Shown here: piece after piece, positions 23,954 through 32,600 of the stretch
How the letters are laid out: every line of letters begins with the position of its first letter
Position numbering within the stretch: the first letter of the stretch is position 1
Assembly (NCBI GenBank): GCA_030693575.1
Contig: JAUYAG010000190.1
Location: 21,538-85,537 of the forward strand
Direction: 5' to 3'
DNA: 64,000 nt
Origin: Brevundimonas sp.
GTDB lineage: Bacteria; Pseudomonadota; Alphaproteobacteria; Caulobacterales; Caulobacteraceae
Translations under genes and position numbers: made by a program
The notes under the pieces: model-generated
Seen by the model: the letters and a program-made list of their open reading frames with translations, nothing else
The model's database searches: none
What the model was told of the DNA's origin: nothing

Positions 23954-25929
23954 GCTGCCGCCTCACCGGTTTTTGACGGGGCAGTCTTGCCGGCGGGCAT
24001 GGCCAGCCGCAAACGGCGGTCAGACAGCGACAGGCCGCCGCCCAGGGCCATGATCATGGCCCCGCCCCAGATCCATCCGACCAGTGGATGCCACCACAGC
24101 CGGACCGTGGCGGCCCCCAGGGTCGCGCTCTCCCCCACCGAAATATAGAGATTGCCCATCGCCTCGCCGTGGATCCCGGCCTCGGTCGTCTGGGTCTGGC
24201 TGGACGGATAGAAACGCTTCTCGGACACCATCAGATACGGCCGGCCCCGCCCCTCGATGCGGAAACGCCCCTGCTCCGCCTGATAGTTGGGGCCCGTCGC
24301 CGGGCCGAGGGCATCGAGCGTGATGCGGCGTCCGGCGAACTCTATGGTCTGGCCGGGAAGCATGGTCACGACCTCGCTGTCCGTCCAGGCGGTGATGGCC
24401 GTAATCCCGATGGTGCTGACGCCGAGGCCCGCGTGCGCGATCGCGACGCCCCAGACCGCCAGAGGCGTGGTGCGGATCAGTCGGCCGGTTTCGGCGCCCT
24501 TGCGACCCAGTCCCCAGCGCCGCACCAAGAGCATGACGGATGCCGCAACCAGCCAGACCCCGAGCGCGATCCCCAGGGCCGCCCCGAGGTTGGCCAGGCC
24601 GAACGCGACCGCACCGACGCCCGCGACCACGATGGTAATGATGATCGGCCAGCGCAGCCGCATCAAGGCCGCCCGCGCCGTGTCGCGCTTCCAGTTCAGC
24701 ATCGGCCCGAATGCCACCAGCACCAGCAGCGGGATGAACAACGGAACGAAAGTCATATTGTAGTAGGGAGGCCCGACCGAAATCTTGTCGCCGTTCAGCA
24801 CATCGATGAACACCGGATAGAAGGTGCCGAGGAAGACCGTGGCCGTCGCGGCCAGCAGGAACAGGTTGTTCAGGGTGATCCCGGCCTCGCGCGACAGGGG
24901 CGAAAACAGGGCCCCCGTGCGCATCGACGGGGCCCGCCAGGCATAGAGGGCCAGCGCCGCCCCCGTCGCGATCAGGATGAAGACGAGAATATAGGCCCCG
25001 CGCTCCGGATCGACGGCGAAGGCGTGCACACTTGTCAGCACGCCCGACCGGACCAGGAAGGTACCGATCATGCTGAGCGAGAAGGTCAGGACCGCCAGCA
25101 GGATGGTCCAGCTGATCAGCGCCCCGCGTTTTTCAAGGACCATCGCCGAGTGCAGCAGGGCCGTACCCATGAGCCAGGGCATCAGTGAGGCGTTCTCGAC
25201 CGGGTCCCAGAACCACCAGCCGCCCCAGCCGAGCTCATAATAGGCCCACCAGCTGCCCAGGGCGATGCCGATGGTCAGGGAGACCCAGGCGGACAGAACC
25301 CAGGGACGGACCCAGCGGGCCCAGGCCGCATCCACCCGCCCCTCGATCAGGGCCGCGACCGCAAAGGCGAAGGCAACCGAAAACCCGACATAGCCGAGGT
25401 AGAGCAGCGGCGGATGCATGACGAGGCCGGGGTCCTGCAGCAGCGGGTTCAACTCCGTGCCGTCCAGGGGAATGGGGCTCAGCCGCGAGAAGGGATTGGA
25501 AGTGAACAGGCTGAAACCGATAAAGGCCGCGCTGAGCATCCCCTGAACCGCCAGCACCCGTGCCTGCAGCGTCTCGCGCAGGGAGCGGCCGAAGAAGGCG
25601 AGAGCACCACCGTGCAGGGCGAGGATCAGCACCCAAAGCAGCATGGAGCCCTCATGGCTGCCCCAGGTGGCGGCGATCCGATAGGGCAGAGGCTGGGTGC
25701 TGTGACTGTGTTTGGCGACCAGCTCGACGGAAAAATCCATCGTCACATAGGCCGTGGCCAGGGCTCCGAAGGCCAGGGTGACAAAGGCCATCTGGAGCAG
25801 GGCTGAAGTCCGTCCGAGGGACATCAGGACGGGATCGCCGCGGTGCGCGCCCAGCAGGGGGGCGACTCCCTGGATCAGTCCGAGCATGAAGGCGAGGATC
25901 AGCGCCAGCTGGCCGATTTCCGCGCTCAT
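23950..25929 (-). CDS. ccmF: Cytochrome c haem lyase subunit CcmF
   Basis: 659 aa and polytopic. The WGGWWFWDPVENAS tryptophan-rich (WWD) motif is present. Confidence 0.9.
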   Translation of the reverse strand: MSAEIGQLALILAFMLGLIQGVAPLLGAHRGDPVLMSLGRTSALLQMAFVTLAFGALATAYVTMDFSVELVAKHSHSTQPLPYRIAATWGSHEGSMLLWVLILALHGGALAFFGRSLRETLQARVLAVQGMLSAAFIGFSLFTSNPFSRLSPIPLDGTELNPLLQDPGLVMHPPLLYLGYVGFSVAFAFAVAALIEGRVDAAWARWVRPWVLSAWVSLTIGIALGSWWAYYELGWGGWWFWDPVENASLMPWLMGTALLHSAMVLEKRGALISWTILLAVLTFSLSMIGTFLVRSGVLTSVHAFAVDPERGAYILVFILIATGAALALYAWRAPSMRTGALFSPLSREAGITLNNLFLLAATATVFLGTFYPVFIDVLNGDKISVGPPYYNMTFVPLFIPLLVLVAFGPMLNWKRDTARAALMRLRWPIIITIVVAGVGAVAFGLANLGAALGIALGVWLVAASVMLLVRRWGLGRKGAETGRLIRTTPLAVWGVAIAHAGLGVSTIGITAITAWTDSEVVTMLPGQTIEFAGRRITLDALGPATGPNYQAEQGRFRIEGRGRPYLMVSEKRFYPSSQTQTTEAGIHGEAMGNLYISVGESATLGAATVRLWWHPLVGWIWGGAMIMALGGGLSLSDRRLRLAMPAGKTAPSKTGEAAA

Positions 25930-25998
25930 TCAGTATGCTCCACCACCCGACCTGTACTGTAGCGAGCAGCGCCCCTATGGTAAAGCTGCGCGGGGGAT

Positions 25999-26032
25999 GG
26001 ACCGGAGCGGCATAATGCGCCGCTCATGGTCC
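25999..26032. promoter_or_regulatory. Interrupted palindrome GGACC-G-GAGCGGC-ATAATGC-GCCGCTC-AT-GGTCC in the ccmF / oxidoreductase divergent region
   Basis: Read directly. It ends 20 nt upstream of the GTG start at 26052. It could be an operator or a 5'-UTR hairpin. Confidence 0.4.
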
Positions 26033-26051
26033 AGGCGCGACACGGGGGGAC

Positions 26052-28502
26052 GTGGTGGAGGGGGTCCATCGGATCGCCATCTTGGGCTCTGGGCCCGCCG
26101 GTCTGAGTGCGGCCGCGCACGCGGCTGCCCGCGGCATGAGCCACATCCTGCTCGAGAAGTCGGATCACCTGTCGGACACCATATTCCGCTACCAGCGCGG
26201 CAAGCACATCATGGCCACGCCCAGCCAGCTGGTTGTGCGTGCCGATGTCAGTTTCGAGCCCGGCAAACGCGAGACCATTCTCGACACCTGGTCGAACGAG
26301 GCGGCGAAGCACAGGGTCAACGTCCGCTACCACGCGGAGGTCAAATCCATCACGGGCGCCAAGGGCAATTTCAGCATCGCCCTGTCAGACGGCTCCGTGG
26401 TCCGCGCCGAGACGATCGTTCTGGCCATCGGCACCCAGGGCAACCCCAACCTGATGTCCTGCGAGGGCGGCGGGCTGTCCCACGTCCAGTACCAGCTCGA
26501 CGACCCCGCCGAATATGTCGACGAACACATCTGCGTCGTCGGCGGCGGCGATGCCGGCATCGAGAACGCCCTCGGTCTGATCGCCGATCGGGCCCAGGGC
26601 AATACGGTCACCCTCGTCAACCGGGGCGCCGACTTCGCCCGTGCCAAGGAGGCCAATGCCAAGGCCCTGCTGGCGGCGCAGGAAGCGGGCCACATCACCC
26701 TGCTGACTACGGCAGAAACCACCCTGATCGAGCCCGGCTGGATCACGGTCGACACCCCTGAAGGCGCGACCCGTTTCCAGTGCGATCGGGTCATCGCCCG
26801 CCTCGGCTCGGCCCCGCCGCGGAAATTCGTGGAATCGATCGGGCTGGAGTTCACAAGCGCCGCCCGCGAGGCCTTCCCCAAGCTGTCGCCGACGTTCGAA
26901 AGCACCGTGCCGGGCATCTATGTCATCGGGGCGTTGGCCGGCTATCCGCTGATCAAACACTGCGTCAACCAGGGCTATGACGTCGTCGAATACATCGGCG
27001 GCGCCGTCGATCTGAAGCCGGCCGACGAGCCCATTCTGGAGGCCCGGCTGAAAGGCCTGCCCGGCAACCGTTCCGTCGCCCAGTGGCTCGAGTTCCTCCG
27101 CCAGGAGATCGAGATCCTGCGCGGCCTGTCGCCGCTTCAGATGCGGGAATTCCTGCTCGATTCAGACGTGCGCGCCTTCAACGCGGGCGACGTCGTCTTC
27201 AAGCGCAACTCGATCGGCTCATCGCTGTTCGGCATCGCCTCCGGTTCGGTCGAGGTCGAGGTCGGTGCCGGCAAGAAGCGGATGACCGTCCCGATTCCGC
27301 GGGGCTCGATCGTCGGCGAGGTCGGTCTGATTTCCGGACGCCCTCGCGGCGCGACGGTGCGGGCGGCGGAGCCTTCCATCCTGCTGGAAATCCCGCGCAT
27401 GGCCGCCCTGCGCCTGATGGCCTCGGTCAAGGAGGCGCGCGACACCGTCAACCGCATCACCACCGAACGCCAGCTGCTGCAGATGTTCGGCTCAGGGCTG
27501 ACCCCGGCAGACCTGACCGATGTGCTGGAAACGGCGGAAATCCGTCAGGTGAAGACCGGCGAAGCGATCATCCGAGAGGGCGAGGACGGCTACGACATCT
27601 TTGTCGTCCGCTCGGGAAGCATGGTCGTCGAGAAGGAGATCGGCGGAAAGCCGGTCTTCCTGTCCTACCTCCCGGCGGGCTCCTACGTCGGGGAGATGGC
27701 CCTGGTCGACGGCGGGCGGCGCAGCGCCACGGTCCAGGCCGCGATCCGTTCCGAAGTGGTCAGGCTGGACGGCGACCGCTTCCGCGCCCTGCTCAGGCGC
27801 AAGCCGGAGCTGGAGGAGAAGCTCCGCGCGGATATGGCCGACCGTCGCAAGGTCAACGGCTATATCGAGGAGCAGAAGGGCAAGTTCGGCGACGTCGTCG
27901 ACATGTACAGCGCGGTCGCGGACTTCCTAGTCGACCAGGGCATCGGCGAGGCCACCGACGTCCTGCTGATCGACGAAACCCTCTGCATCGGCTGCGACAA
28001 CTGCGAAAAGGCCTGCGCCGACGTTCACGACGGCCTGTCGCGGCTGGATCGCGAGGCGGGCCGCACCTACGCCCATCTGCACGTTCCGACCTCGTGCCGG
28101 CACTGCGAACACCCGTACTGCATGACCGACTGCCCGCCCAATGCGATCCATCGCGGGCCGGACGGCGAGGTCTTCATCGACGAGACCTGCATCGGCTGCG
28201 GCAACTGCCAGCGGAACTGTCCCTATGACGTGATCCGCATGGACTCGCGGCCGCCGAAGAAGCCGGACCTGATCTCCTGGCTGCTGTTCGGTGTCGGACC
28301 CGGGCCGGGCGAGCCCGACAAGGCCTGGCGGGCGAAGAACAAGGCCAAGGGTGCCGAACCGCCCAAGGTCGCCATCAAATGCGACATGTGCATCGGCAAG
28401 GCGGGCGGCCCGGCCTGCGTGCGCGCCTGTCCGACCGGGGCGGCGATCCGGGTCTCGCCCGAAGAGTTCCTGACCGTCAAACGCATGAACAGGGGCGACT
28501 AG
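26052..28502 (+). CDS. Multidomain redox protein: FAD/NAD(P)-binding oxidoreductase + two cyclic-nucleotide-binding domains + four-cluster [4Fe-4S] ferredoxin module
   Basis: Two dinucleotide folds (ILGSGPAG; VVGGGDAG). Two CAP-effector-type domains carry phosphate-binding cassettes (GEVGLISGRPRGATV; GEMALVDGGRRSATV). Four Cys clusters are present: CIGCDNCEKAC, CRHCEHPYCMTDCP, CIGCGNCQRNCP and CDMC...CVRACP. There is no signal peptide, so it is predicted cytoplasmic. Confidence 0.8.
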   Translation: MVEGVHRIAILGSGPAGLSAAAHAAARGMSHILLEKSDHLSDTIFRYQRGKHIMATPSQLVVRADVSFEPGKRETILDTWSNEAAKHRVNVRYHAEVKSITGAKGNFSIALSDGSVVRAETIVLAIGTQGNPNLMSCEGGGLSHVQYQLDDPAEYVDEHICVVGGGDAGIENALGLIADRAQGNTVTLVNRGADFARAKEANAKALLAAQEAGHITLLTTAETTLIEPGWITVDTPEGATRFQCDRVIARLGSAPPRKFVESIGLEFTSAAREAFPKLSPTFESTVPGIYVIGALAGYPLIKHCVNQGYDVVEYIGGAVDLKPADEPILEARLKGLPGNRSVAQWLEFLRQEIEILRGLSPLQMREFLLDSDVRAFNAGDVVFKRNSIGSSLFGIASGSVEVEVGAGKKRMTVPIPRGSIVGEVGLISGRPRGATVRAAEPSILLEIPRMAALRLMASVKEARDTVNRITTERQLLQMFGSGLTPADLTDVLETAEIRQVKTGEAIIREGEDGYDIFVVRSGSMVVEKEIGGKPVFLSYLPAGSYVGEMALVDGGRRSATVQAAIRSEVVRLDGDRFRALLRRKPELEEKLRADMADRRKVNGYIEEQKGKFGDVVDMYSAVADFLVDQGIGEATDVLLIDETLCIGCDNCEKACADVHDGLSRLDREAGRTYAHLHVPTSCRHCEHPYCMTDCPPNAIHRGPDGEVFIDETCIGCGNCQRNCPYDVIRMDSRPPKKPDLISWLLFGVGPGPGEPDKAWRAKNKAKGAEPPKVAIKCDMCIGKAGGPACVRACPTGAAIRVSPEEFLTVKRMNRGD

Positions 28503-28506
28503 ACCC

Positions 28507-29379
28507 TTGGCGAAGACAGCGAAAACAGGCGAACGCTCCAATCCCGGCCAGCACGACGGCTTCCTTGGCTACAGGAATTTCCGTTGGGCCTGGCGCGCCG
28601 GCGCGCTGTGCGTGATCGCCATCGCGGCCTATTTCCTGATCGACGCCGAGCCGCGTCCCAACGGCGGCAGCGTCTTCGGCTATGTGGCCGGGACGATCGC
28701 GGCACTGCTGGTGCTCTGGCTGACCCTGCTGGGCCTGCGAAAGCGCGCCATCACCTCGGGCGACTGGTCGCTGAAGGCCTGGGTGTCGGCCCATGTCTAT
28801 CTGGGCCTGGCCGTGATGGTCGTCGCGACCCTGCATTCGGGCTTCCAGTTCGGCTGGAACGTCCACACCCTGGCCTACGGCATGATGGTGCTGGTGGTTG
28901 TCTCCGGCCTGTTCGGCATCACCGTCTATGCCCTCCTCCCCCGCTACCTCAGCCGCAACCGCGGCGAGACCACCCAGAAGCAGATGCTGGAGACGCTCAA
29001 GGCGCTGGACCGCCAGATCAATGAGGCGGCCCAGCCGCTGTCCGAGGCGCAGGCCCGGGTGGTGCAGATGTCGCTCGATGACAGCCGGGTCGGCGGCCAC
29101 CTGTGGCGGCGGCTGTCCGGCGGACGCGGCGGCTGCGGCAACCGACGCGCCCTGTCGCGCCTGAAGGGCCTGCGTCGTCAGGCGACGGACGTCGAACTGC
29201 AGATGCTCGACCGGATCGAGGAACTGCTGCAGCGCAAGGCTGCCGCCCTCGCCCAGGTCCGTCGCCACCTGCAGATCCGGGCCTGGCTGAGCGTCTGGCT
29301 GGCGGTCCATGTGCCGGCCACCATCGCGCTCATCGCCGCGATCACCGCCCATGTCTTCAGCGTCTTCATCTACTGGTGA
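28507..29379 (+). CDS. His-rich 5-TM membrane protein (candidate b-haem / transmembrane electron carrier)
   Basis: TTG start 4 nt after the upstream stop. Four N-terminal TM helices, a soluble loop of about 110 aa, and a fifth TM. His residues sit inside the TM segments (SAHVYL, ATLHSG, VHTLAY, AVHVP, TAHVF). Confidence 0.65.
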   Translation: MAKTAKTGERSNPGQHDGFLGYRNFRWAWRAGALCVIAIAAYFLIDAEPRPNGGSVFGYVAGTIAALLVLWLTLLGLRKRAITSGDWSLKAWVSAHVYLGLAVMVVATLHSGFQFGWNVHTLAYGMMVLVVVSGLFGITVYALLPRYLSRNRGETTQKQMLETLKALDRQINEAAQPLSEAQARVVQMSLDDSRVGGHLWRRLSGGRGGCGNRRALSRLKGLRRQATDVELQMLDRIEELLQRKAAALAQVRRHLQIRAWLSVWLAVHVPATIALIAAITAHVFSVFIYW

Positions 29380-29386
29380 TGGCCCG

Positions 29387-31237
29387 ATGACCCTTGTCCT
29401 TCGCCAGGTGACACGCCGCGTAAGCGGGGCCGAAATCGTCCGGGAAAAGGTCCTGCCGACCGACGTCGCGCGCATCGGACGCGGCGCGGACTGCGAGATC
29501 CGTCTGCCCGATCTGGCGGTCAGCCTGCACCACGCCACCCTGACCCTGACCGGACCGGGACAGGTCAGCGTCGTCTCCGCCGGGCGGGAGCCGTTCGGCG
29601 TCGACGGCCGGTTCGTCACCCGGACCGACATCGACGTCAGCCGGGCCCCGCGTCTGACCTTCGGCGATCACATCCTGACGCTGGCGGCCGGCGACGGCGG
29701 CCGCATCCTGATCAACCTCGCCGCCTCGGAACCGGCCGAGGGCGAGTCCTCGTCCGGTGTTCCGGCGGGCGGCGTCATCCCCAAGGCCCGCATCTTCGGC
29801 CGTCGACGGATCGCCTGGACCCTGGGTCTGGGGATCGTTGCGCTCTGCCTGCTCTGGCCGCTGGCGGCCTTCCACGGCCACCTGAAGGCCCGGATCGATC
29901 CGGACCAGCAGTGGTCAACCGGCCCACTGTCGTCCGCCCACGCCTTCCTGGAAGACGACTGCCAGGCCTGCCACCAGGAAGCCTTCGTCGCGGTGACCGA
30001 TGCGTCCTGCAAGTCCTGCCATGCCGGCGATCAGACCCCGGCCATGATGGCCGCCGCCGCAACCTCCGTGCGCCGGGCCGGCTCGCCGGACACGCTGTCG
30101 TTTGTCAGGGACCACGCGCCTCGCGGCCGGATTCTCTGGGGCGCCCCGCCGCCGGCAGGGATCACCGGACAGACCACCGCCTGGTTTCGGCGCGCCTTCA
30201 ATCTGCCCGAGCAGCGCTGCGCCAGCTGCCACGTCGAACACGTCGCCAACCCGGTCGCCGGCAGACCGCCCGAGCCGATTCCGACGCTGACACCCACCCA
30301 GACCTGCATCCAGTGCCATACGGGCCTGACCCATCGGCTGAAGGACACCGACCTGGCCGATGCGCCGTCCTGGGCCCGCCATCCGAATTTCCGCCCCACC
30401 CTGCCCGGCCCCGCCGGTCTGACCCGGGTGTCACTGGACAGCCGCCCGCGCGAGGCGTCCGGCCTGACCTTCCCGCACGATCTGCACCTGTCGCCCGGCG
30501 GCGGCCCGGCGCGCATGGCCCAGACCCTGGGAGGGCGCGGCTATGGCGCGGCCCTGACCTGCGCCAGCTGTCACCGGCCCGATGCGGACCAGACGGGCTT
30601 CGCGCCCATCCAGATGGAGCGCGACTGCGCCAGCTGCCACTCCCTGTCGTTCGCCACGCCCGGCGGCGTCCGCCAGTTGCCGCACGGCGAGCCGGGCCAG
30701 GTGGTCGCCGCCCTGATGGCCTGGCAGGGACGCGGCCCCGTCGCCGGTGGCGCAACCTCGCGGCGGCGGCCCGGCGAGGCCGGTGAAGGCGGACCCGGCC
30801 CGGGCGGCTCGCCCACGGGCGCCAGCGCGGTCAACACCGTGGGCGGCGCCTTTGGCCCGCGCGGAGCCTGTTTCGACTGTCACACCATCTTCCGGACACC
30901 GACCATCCGCTTCACGCCGGTCCGGCTGCCCGGCGACTTCCTGAGCCGCGGGGCCTTTGACCACAGCGTCCGCGAACACCGCGTCGACCGTCAGGGCCAG
31001 CCGTCCTGCGCCCAGTGCCACGCCGCGGCGACATCGGGCTCAGCGACCGATCTGCTGCTTCCGTCGGTCACCGAATGCGTCGAATGCCATGGCCAGACAA
31101 CGGCTCGCTCGCCGACTCCGGCGCCGGCCAATTGCGAGACCTGCCACAGCTTCCATGCGCCGTCGCACCCGACGCCGAAGCCGCCCCGCCCGAACTTCAG
31201 CGCACTGCCGGCGCCAAGGGCTCAGACCACACCATAG
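29387..31237 (+). CDS. FHA domain - TM anchor - decahaem c-type cytochrome
   Basis: Start MTLVLRQV... at 29387. The N-terminus is FHA-like (ARIGRGADCEIRLPDLAVSLHHATL...FGVDGRFV). A TM helix follows (IAWTLGLGIVALCLLWPLAAF). Then 10 CXXCH motifs, counted by eye: CQACH, CKSCH, CASCH, CIQCH, CASCH, CASCH, CFDCH, CAQCH, CVECH, CETCH. Confidence 0.8.
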   Translation: MTLVLRQVTRRVSGAEIVREKVLPTDVARIGRGADCEIRLPDLAVSLHHATLTLTGPGQVSVVSAGREPFGVDGRFVTRTDIDVSRAPRLTFGDHILTLAAGDGGRILINLAASEPAEGESSSGVPAGGVIPKARIFGRRRIAWTLGLGIVALCLLWPLAAFHGHLKARIDPDQQWSTGPLSSAHAFLEDDCQACHQEAFVAVTDASCKSCHAGDQTPAMMAAAATSVRRAGSPDTLSFVRDHAPRGRILWGAPPPAGITGQTTAWFRRAFNLPEQRCASCHVEHVANPVAGRPPEPIPTLTPTQTCIQCHTGLTHRLKDTDLADAPSWARHPNFRPTLPGPAGLTRVSLDSRPREASGLTFPHDLHLSPGGGPARMAQTLGGRGYGAALTCASCHRPDADQTGFAPIQMERDCASCHSLSFATPGGVRQLPHGEPGQVVAALMAWQGRGPVAGGATSRRRPGEAGEGGPGPGGSPTGASAVNTVGGAFGPRGACFDCHTIFRTPTIRFTPVRLPGDFLSRGAFDHSVREHRVDRQGQPSCAQCHAAATSGSATDLLLPSVTECVECHGQTTARSPTPAPANCETCHSFHAPSHPTPKPPRPNFSALPAPRAQTTP

Positions 31238-32580
31238 GCCAGCATCGCCTCGGCGACCTTCTTGAAGCCCGCGATATTGGCACCGCGCACATAGTCGATG
31301 CGCTGGGTCCCGGCCACGCCGCCGTATTCCACACAGCGCTGATGAATCCCGCGCATGATGTCGATCAGGTGCTGCTGGAGCTCGGCCTCCTTCCAGGCGA
31401 TCCGCCCCGAGTTCTGGCTCATCTCCAGACCGGACACCGCCACGCCGCCGGCGTTGGCGGCCTTGCCGGGCGCATACAGAATGCCCGCCGCCTTGAACAC
31501 GTGCACCCCCTCCAGATCGGTCGGCATATTGGCGCCCTCGGACACCGCCATGCAGCCGTTCGCCACCAGCGTCCGGGCGTCCGCACCGTTCAGCTCATTC
31601 TGGGTCGCGCAGGGCAGGACGACGTTGCAGGGCACCGCCCACGGCCGCTGGCCCTCGTGGTAGGTGGCCCCGCGGAACTCGGTGACATAGTCCGATATCC
31701 GCCCGCGCCGCCGGGTCTTGTGCACCTTGACCCAGTCGATCCTGGCCTGGTCGATGCCGTCGGGATCGTGGATGAAGCCCTGCGAATCCGACAGGGTCAG
31801 GACCTTGCCGCCCAGTTGCACGATCTTCTCGGCCGCATGGGTCGCGACATTGCCCGAGCCGGAGATCACGGCCGTCTTTCCCGCCACGTCCTGGCCGATA
31901 TGGCCCAGCATCTCCTTGAGGAAATAGACCGCCCCGTATCCCGTCGCCTCGGTGCGGATCAGGCTGCCACCGTAGGACAGGCCCTTGCCGGTCAGCACGC
32001 CGGTGAACTGGTTGGTGATCCGCTTGTACTGACCGAACATATAGCCGATCTCACGCCCGCCCACGCCGATGTCGCCGGCCGGGACATCGATGTCCGCGCC
32101 GACGTGGCGGTACAGCTCGGTCATGAACGACTGGCAGAACCGCATCACCTCGTGATCCGACTTGCCCTTCGGATTGAAGTTCGATCCGCCCTTGCCGCCG
32201 CCCATCGGCAGGCCTGTCAGACTGTTCTTGAACGTCTGCTCGAAGGCGAGAAATTTGAGCACGCTCTCGGTCACGCTCGGATGGAAGCGGATGCCGCCCT
32301 TGTAGGGCCCGATGGCGTTGTTGTTCTGCACCCGCCAGCCCCGCTGGACGCGGATATTGCCCTTGTCGTCCTCCCAGCAGACCCGGAAGCTGATCACCCG
32401 GTCCGGCTCCGCGATGCGGCGCAGGATCTGGTAGTGGTGATACTCCTCCTTGTCCTGGATGAAGTCGAAGATGTCTTCGGCCACTTCCTGAACCGCCTGG
32501 ACGAACTCGTCCTGGCCGGGATTCCGCTTCTTCACGCCCTCGATGAACCGGGGCAGGTCGACATGGTCCGAGACGGCCAT
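31222..32580 (-). CDS. gdhA: NADP-specific glutamate dehydrogenase
   Basis: 452 aa with GLPMGGGKGGSNFNPKG and the overall Glu/Leu/Phe/Val dehydrogenase pattern. Its 3' end overlaps the convergent cytochrome gene by 16 nt. Confidence 0.9.
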   Translation of the reverse strand: MAVSDHVDLPRFIEGVKKRNPGQDEFVQAVQEVAEDIFDFIQDKEEYHHYQILRRIAEPDRVISFRVCWEDDKGNIRVQRGWRVQNNNAIGPYKGGIRFHPSVTESVLKFLAFEQTFKNSLTGLPMGGGKGGSNFNPKGKSDHEVMRFCQSFMTELYRHVGADIDVPAGDIGVGGREIGYMFGQYKRITNQFTGVLTGKGLSYGGSLIRTEATGYGAVYFLKEMLGHIGQDVAGKTAVISGSGNVATHAAEKIVQLGGKVLTLSDSQGFIHDPDGIDQARIDWVKVHKTRRRGRISDYVTEFRGATYHEGQRPWAVPCNVVLPCATQNELNGADARTLVANGCMAVSEGANMPTDLEGVHVFKAAGILYAPGKAANAGGVAVSGLEMSQNSGRIAWKEAELQQHLIDIMRGIHQRCVEYGGVAGTQRIDYVRGANIAGFKKVAEAMLAYGVV

Positions 32581-32600
32581 GGCCGCTCCTCGCTTTCAGG

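Noticed and set aside
23421-23966. Upstream part of the 339-aa ORF containing ccmH
   Set aside because: It overlaps ccmG (thioredoxin motif WCVAC) in another frame. CcmH starts at MRRFVLG with its own signal peptide.
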